Source of the DNA: Octopus sinensis
Lineage: Eukaryota
DNA length: 26,062 nt
Reading direction: 5' to 3'
NCBI RefSeq assembly: GCF_006345805.1
Contig: NW_021835650.1
Location: forward strand, 1 to 26,062
The notes under the pieces are model-generated. The model was given only the letters and a program-made list of their open reading frames with translations. It did not search any database and was not told where the DNA came from. This document shows positions 20,468 through 26,062 of this stretch, in pieces. How positions within the stretch are numbered: the first letter of the stretch is position 1; every line of letters starts with the position of its first letter. Made by a program: the position numbers and the translations under genes.

Positions 20468-20673
20468 TTTTGGCGCAAAGCCAACAATTCTATGAGGAAG
20501 ATACTAGTCGATTACATCGATCCCAGTACTTGACTGGTAATTTATTTTACTGACTCCGAAAGGAGAAAATGTGAAATTAACTAGGGCAGAATTTGAACTC
20601 AGAATGTAAAGAGTCGGAAGAAATGCTTTGCAGCTCTTTGTTCGAGGCACTAACGATTCTGCCAGCTTCTCCT
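20468..20673 (-). mobile_element. Old diverged SINE family A copy
   Basis: gtcgattacatcgatcccagtac...gaatttgaactcagaatg...ctaacgattctgccagc. Confidence 0.75.
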
Positions 20674-20772
20674 TTGATTAAGTACGTGATGATTTGTCTC
20701 GCATAAGCACAAAGCAACATGTATTTTTAGGGAGGCATATAGCCGATTTTTATGGACTTCAGTATTTGAGTA

Positions 20773-21104
20773 TCTGAGACCCCCTTCGGTCACAACACAG
20801 ACCATGGGATTGCACCTAGAAAGTTACCCTCCCAGGCACAAGTCCGAGCAAGGTTGTTTATGGAAAACCAGCAGTCGCCCATGCATACCGGCCTTCCCTC
20901 TCCACGCCACCAGTGTTATCCAAGGGAAAGGCAAAGGCCGTTGCAGCTTGGCACCTGTGATGTCGCAACTCATTTCTACAGCTGAGCAATGTGAAATAAA
21001 GTGTCTTGCTCAAGAACACAACACGCAGCCCGGTCTGGGATTCGAACTCACAATCTCAAGATCGTAAGCTCGACGCTCTAACCACTGAACCATGCGCCTT
21101 CGCT
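20773..21104 (-). mobile_element. SINE family D, full length
   Basis: 12-bp TSD agtatttgagta at 20761-20772 and 21105-21116. Confidence 0.92.
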
Positions 21105-21252
21105 AGTATTTGAGTAGTACTTTATTTTATAGACACTGGAAGGATAAAAGGAAAAAAATATCCACGAAAATTGTTGAACTCAATATAAAAGAACGAAAGT
21201 AACTCACCCTGCACTGTAGCACTTCTACCACACCAGCATTATTGATAAAGAA

Positions 21253-21648
21253 GTGGAGGCGCAATGGCCCAGTGGTTAGGGCAGCGGACTCGCGGTCATA
21301 GGATCGCGGTTTCGATTCCCAGACCGGGCGTTGTGAGTGTTTATTGAGCGAAAACACCTAAAGCTCCACGAGGCTCCGGCAGGGGATGGTGGTGATCCCT
21401 GCTGTACTCTTTCACCACAACTTTCTCTTACTCTATCTTCTTGTTTCTGTTGTACGTGTATTTCAAAGGGCCGGCCTTGTCACTCTCTGTGTCACGCTGA
21501 ATATCCCCGAAAACTACTTTAAGGGTACACGTGTCTGTGGAGTGCTCAGCCACTTACACGTTAATTTCACGAGCAGGCTGTTCCGTTGATTCGGATCAAC
21601 TGGAACCCTCGTCATTGTAACCGACGGAGTGCTTCCATCCATCCATCC
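21253..21648 (+). mobile_element. SINE family C, full length, (CCAT)n tail
   Basis: 12-bp TSD attgataaagaa at 21241-21252 and 21649-21660. Confidence 0.95.
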
Positions 21649-22170
21649 ATTGATAAAGAATAACATGTATTCTAATATTTTTATCTTATTTTTATGTGCC
21701 CTGCATCAGTTTTAGAATATCAGGTGAGGTGGTTTTACCATTCAGTGTACTGCAGCAATATAAAAATGCTAATATAATTGCATATACGTCTCCCATTCAA
21801 CAATTGGCCTTGTGCCTAAGTAAGAAATCATTATTACATTCTGTGCAATTTTCTAAATTTCTCCAGTATTGATTTATAAGAAATAACGTCAACTAATAAC
21901 CCATTCGTCTGGTTGACAATATTCACCTTTTGTAACAAACTTCAATTATTGGTATATTGCCAAATTCATTCCTTCGCCATGCACGCTCCCTCCTTCTAAT
22001 ATTGTAGTGTAGGCTTTCGTTTTACAAAATTTGGACCTTCGTTCTATATTTGTTTAAAGCTTCAAGCTATATTAATTAGCCTTCTGTTTTGTTATATTCA
22101 TGAATATGCATTCTTTCTTGAAAATATGTTCAGTAAAAAAAAAAAAAAACGTAAAGTCACTCAAGATGAT

Positions 22171-22408
22171 AATCCTATTTCTTTACTACCCACAAGGGGC
22201 TAAACACAGAGAGGACAAACAAGGACAGACAAACGGATTAAGTCGATTACATCGACCCCAATGCGTAACTGGTACTTAATTTATCGACCCCGAAAGGATG
22301 AAAGGCAAAGTCGACCTCGGCGGAATTTGAACTCAGAACGTAACGGCAGACGAAATACAGCTGTGCATTTCGCCCGGCGTGCTAACGGTTCTGCCAGCTC
22401 GCCGCCTT
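22171..22408 (-). mobile_element. SINE family A, full length
   Basis: 12-bp TSD actcaagatgat at 22159-22170 and 22409-22420. Confidence 0.95.
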
Positions 22409-22575
22409 ACTCAAGATGATTCCGTTGTTAGCGATACAGCACGCAGTCTCGTTTCACATTCAAAAGGGATGCACCAAAATATTTCTTTTCTTTGAAGAAA
22501 AAACATTGTCTGAAACAAGAGAAACTTACCTATAATGGTATACAGACTTGTCATTTTATTTTGATACCAATAAGT

Positions 22576-22995
22576 ACTCTTTACTCTTTACTCTTTTACT
22601 CTTTTACTTGTTTCAGTCATTTGACTGCGGCCATGCTGGAGCACCGCCTTTAGTCGAGCAAATCGACCCCGGGACTTATTCTTTGTATGCCCAGTACTTA
22701 TTCTATCGGTCTCTTTTGACAAACCGCTAAGTGACGGGGACGTAAACACACCAGCATCGGTTGTCAAGCGATGCTGGGGGGACAAACACAGACACACAAA
22801 CACACACATATATATATATATATACATATATACAACAGGCTTCTTTCAGTTTCCGTCTACCAAATCCACTCACAAGGCATTGGTCGGCCCGGGGCTATAG
22901 CAGAAGACACTTGCCCAAGATGCCACGCAGTGGGACTGAACCCGGAACCATGTGGTTGGTTAGCAAGCTACTTACCACACAGCCACTCCTGCGCC
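22576..22995 (-). mobile_element. SINE family B, full length
   Basis: (CTCTTTTA)n tail on the left, short internal (AT)n tract, and head ending gccactcctgcgcc. Confidence 0.93.
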
Positions 22996-23180
22996 TATAG
23001 ATTTTTTTTTGCAGATACAAACTACTGCCACTCTCTTTCAGTGTTGTTTCCTTTTTGTATCTGTATTAAACAATAAACGAGTCGACAAAGGTGCTTTTAC
23101 CTGATCGCTTGAACTGCTAGAAATACCAGCTAAATCTCTCCCAAATCACAATCTACCGTCTTAATACATACATTCATAAA

Positions 23181-23576
23181 TTTTTATATATAAAAGTGAA
23201 GTTGTGTGTCTGTCTCCTACGATTTAGATTCCTAACTACTCCCACATTTTGCGGTGCAGTTTAACCAAAACCGGGTATCTTATAGTCGTGATTCATATCG
23301 AGCCCTTCTGGGTATTAGCGCGCGTCTACGATGAGTCTACGGTTTAAAAAAAAAATTACCATCAATTTTTCCCATTTTTAATGCATTTTTGGCATATATA
23401 TAAGGGAAGTAACTCTCTAAAAATGTATTATTAAATCTCAGAACGTAAAAAGCTACAGTAACACCCCCCCCCTTGTGGTTATCCATATTGAGATGGCTAT
23501 TATACTTTACATCTCTAAAAATGCTTATATAGTTATTTCCCTTACAAACCCGAGCAACGCCGGGCGATACTGCTAG
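23181..23576 (+). mobile_element. Non-autonomous Helitron, copy 1
   Basis: 5' end t(t)tttatatataaaagtgaag (TC in copy 2); 3' GC hairpin cccgagcaacgccggg followed by CTAG; sits between host A and T with no TSD. Confidence 0.85.
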
Positions 23577-24284
23577 TATAAATATAAAGTCGTATCAAAA
23601 AATGTAAGAGATTTTACACTTTACTAGAGAGCTCGATGAAAGTAATAAACATAATACTAATTCATACATATAAGAAATATTTGTTGAAGTTATTAGTGTC
23701 GTTCTTTATCTCTGATACCCGAATACCTTGGTGTAATCCACAGCTTTGTTGCTTCAGATATGTCACGGCGTCATGTTCTATATTTTAATAAGCAACGGTT
23801 TATTTTAAAAAATTTAAATGAAGTTATAATTATTATTTGCTATGAAATTCTTGGTGAAATATTGTTAGTATTGATTTTGGAATATTTATTTTCAGTATTT
23901 CGGGGATGTACTTGTCCAGCAAATGATTTGGTTTGAGACAGTGTACTGGAACTAAAGCAATTACTGCGAGAAATGCACATATTCCAATTTAGTGGAACTC
24001 TGTCAGTGACCAGGTCGTAATAGGTACATCGAAAATTTTGACACCAAATAATAAATGTTTAAGTGAAGTTAACAATCTTGGTGAGTTATTAATGGATAAA
24101 ATGTGCCTACCACGCTGTAGTTGTTTATTTTCCCTATATGTTTGGTAAAATCCACCACACGACTTTTGCATCATGAATCTAATCTTTATCACTAAAATAT
24201 GCAAAGTTCTGCATCCTGCAAGAGATCCCTTCTAATATTTGTAGTTCAAGCCCCGATATTGTTGTTATGATGTGCTATAGAAGT

Positions 24285-24657
24285 AGTGGAGGCGCAATGG
24301 CCCAGTGGATAGGGCAGCGGACTCGCGGTCATAGGAACGCGGTTTCGATTCCCAGACCAGGCGTTGTGAGTGTTTATTGAGCGAAAACACCTAAAGCTCC
24401 ACGAGGCCCCGGCAGGGATGGTGGTGATCCCTGCTGTACTCTTTGACCACAACTTTCTCTCACTCTTACTTCCTGTTTCTGTTGTACCTGTATTTCAAAG
24501 GGCCGGCCTTGTCACTCTCTGTGTCACGCTGAATATCCCCGAGAACTACGTTAAGGGTGCACGTGTATGTGGAGTGCTCAGCCACTTACACGTTAATTTT
24601 ACGAGCAGGCTGTTCCGTTGATTCGGATCAACCGGAACCCTCATCGTCGTAAGGAAG
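24285..24657 (+). mobile_element. SINE family C lacking the normal 3' tail
   Basis: 11-bp TSD gctatagaagt at 24274-24284 and 24658-24668. Confidence 0.92.
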
Positions 24658-24787
24658 GCTATAGAAGTGCAGAACATTGCTTCACCGCCCATAGCAGAGT
24701 TATTAAAACATCTGATATTCCTCTCATTTTAAAATCACTCTATTGATGTTAATAAAATAAATACGTGTTAAACAATCATACAGTGCT

Positions 24788-24939
24788 TGGCTGTGTGGTA
24801 AGTAGCTTGCTTACCAACCACATGGTTCCAGGTTCAGTCCCACTGCGTGGCACCTTGGGCAAGTGTTTTCTACTATAGCCTCGGGCCGACCAAAGCCTTG
24901 TGAATGGATTTGGTAGACGGAAACAGAAAGAAACGCGTC

Positions 24940-24983
<44 letters not shown>

Positions 24984-25204
24984 GTGTGTGTGTGTGTATG
25001 TTTGTGTGTCTGTGTTTGTCCCCACCAACATCGCTTGACAACCGATGCTGGTGTGTTTACGTCCCCGTAACTTAGTGGTTCGGCAAAAGAGACCGATAGA
25101 ATAATTACTAGGCTTACAAAGAATAAGTCCTGGGGTCGAGTTACTCGGCTAAAGGCGGTGCCCCAGCATCACCGCAGTCAAATGACGGAAACAAATAAAA
25201 GAGT
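24788..25204 (+). mobile_element. SINE family B, near full length
   Basis: Head tggctgtgtggtaagtagc, internal (AT)n(GT)n tract and 3' module. Confidence 0.92.
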
Positions 25205-25555
25205 AAAAAAAAGTAGATAGGAGATGAATATTCACAAACGTTACAGTGTCCTACTAAATGATCTGCCAATATTCCACTCCTCTAGATTCTTTAGTCAAGA
25301 GGGAAGGCATACCCATGACCCTTTACAGTGCTTCCGAGACCCCTGGTAGGGAGGGAGTTACCTTCAAACTTTTAGGTCAGAATGCTTTCTGGCCGGAATT
25401 TCGCCTGGGATTATTTTTTCCTCTCAGCTCAGTAGCCATGCAATGGATTCGGCAAAGCTGATCTAGGGCTACAACATTATACATCTATCCTTGTTTATCA
25501 TTAATGTTTGGTTGAAAAACAAAAACAAAACATTGTTAAAGGAACCAGTGATAAA

Positions 25556-25947
25556 TCTTTATATATAAAAGTGAAGTTGTGTGTCTGTCTACTCCGATTT
25601 AGATTCCTAACTACTCCCACATTTTGCGATGCGTTTAACCAACCAAAACGGGTATCTTATAGTCGTGATTCATATCGAGCCCTCTGGGTATTAGCGCGCG
25701 TCTACGATGAGTCTACGATTTTAAAAATAATTTAAATCATTTTTTTTCCATTTTAACGCATATTTTTTTTAATAAAGGAAGTAACTCTCTAAAAAGTCTA
25801 CGATGAGTCAACGATTTAAAAAAAAATTTACCATAATTTTTTTTCCATTTTTAATGCATTTTTTGCTATTTTTTGGCTATAACTCTCTAAAAATGCTTTA
25901 TAGTTATTTCCCTTACAAACCCGAGCAACGCCGGGCGATACTGCTAG
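25556..25947 (+). mobile_element. Non-autonomous Helitron, copy 2
   Basis: A|TCtttatatataaaagtg...cccgagcaacgccgggcgatactgCTAG|T; termini are homologous to copy 1. Confidence 0.88.
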
Positions 25948-26062
25948 TGAAAAATAAAAACCATGTGCAAAATGTTTCGTCAGAGGCCCGAAGGTATACT
26001 GAGCGTTGTGGATGGTCGATGGAGCGTACATTTGAGATCCAAGCAGAATCTTTTACTGATCT

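Noticed and set aside
25258-25461. GC-richer 67-aa ORF
   Set aside because: No recognisable motifs or convincing splice signals.

Overview
Eukaryotic, AT-rich, repeat-saturated non-coding DNA. The SINE families match those I recall from Octopus (coleoid cephalopod); this assignment is pattern recognition and was not database-checked. I found no convincing host protein-coding gene, and nearly all ORF-track entries are SINE or microsatellite read-throughs. Bases 1-4062 hold a decayed Ty3/Gypsy pol on the minus strand (RT, RNase H, integrase). It is interrupted by a SINE multimer with a 14-bp TSD, an older SINE, a (GA)n tract, a 1.43-kb Tc1/mariner element with DD41D spacing (itself carrying a template-switch inverted duplication), and a 112-bp insert with a 12-bp TSD. 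The rest contains about 25 tRNA-derived SINE copies of at least five mosaic families (many with clear TSDs), a degraded LINE 3' end, a pogo/Tigger-like MITE, two non-autonomous Helitrons and many microsatellites. The most interesting signal is a set of minimal hammerhead-ribozyme motifs in Penelope-like repeats: a tandem pair at 10.6-11.0 kb, a tRNA-headed element with a hammerhead and an inverted 5' cap at 13.5-13.9 kb, and a 533-bp near-perfect palindrome centred on what looks like hammerhead stem II at 17.1-17.6 kb.
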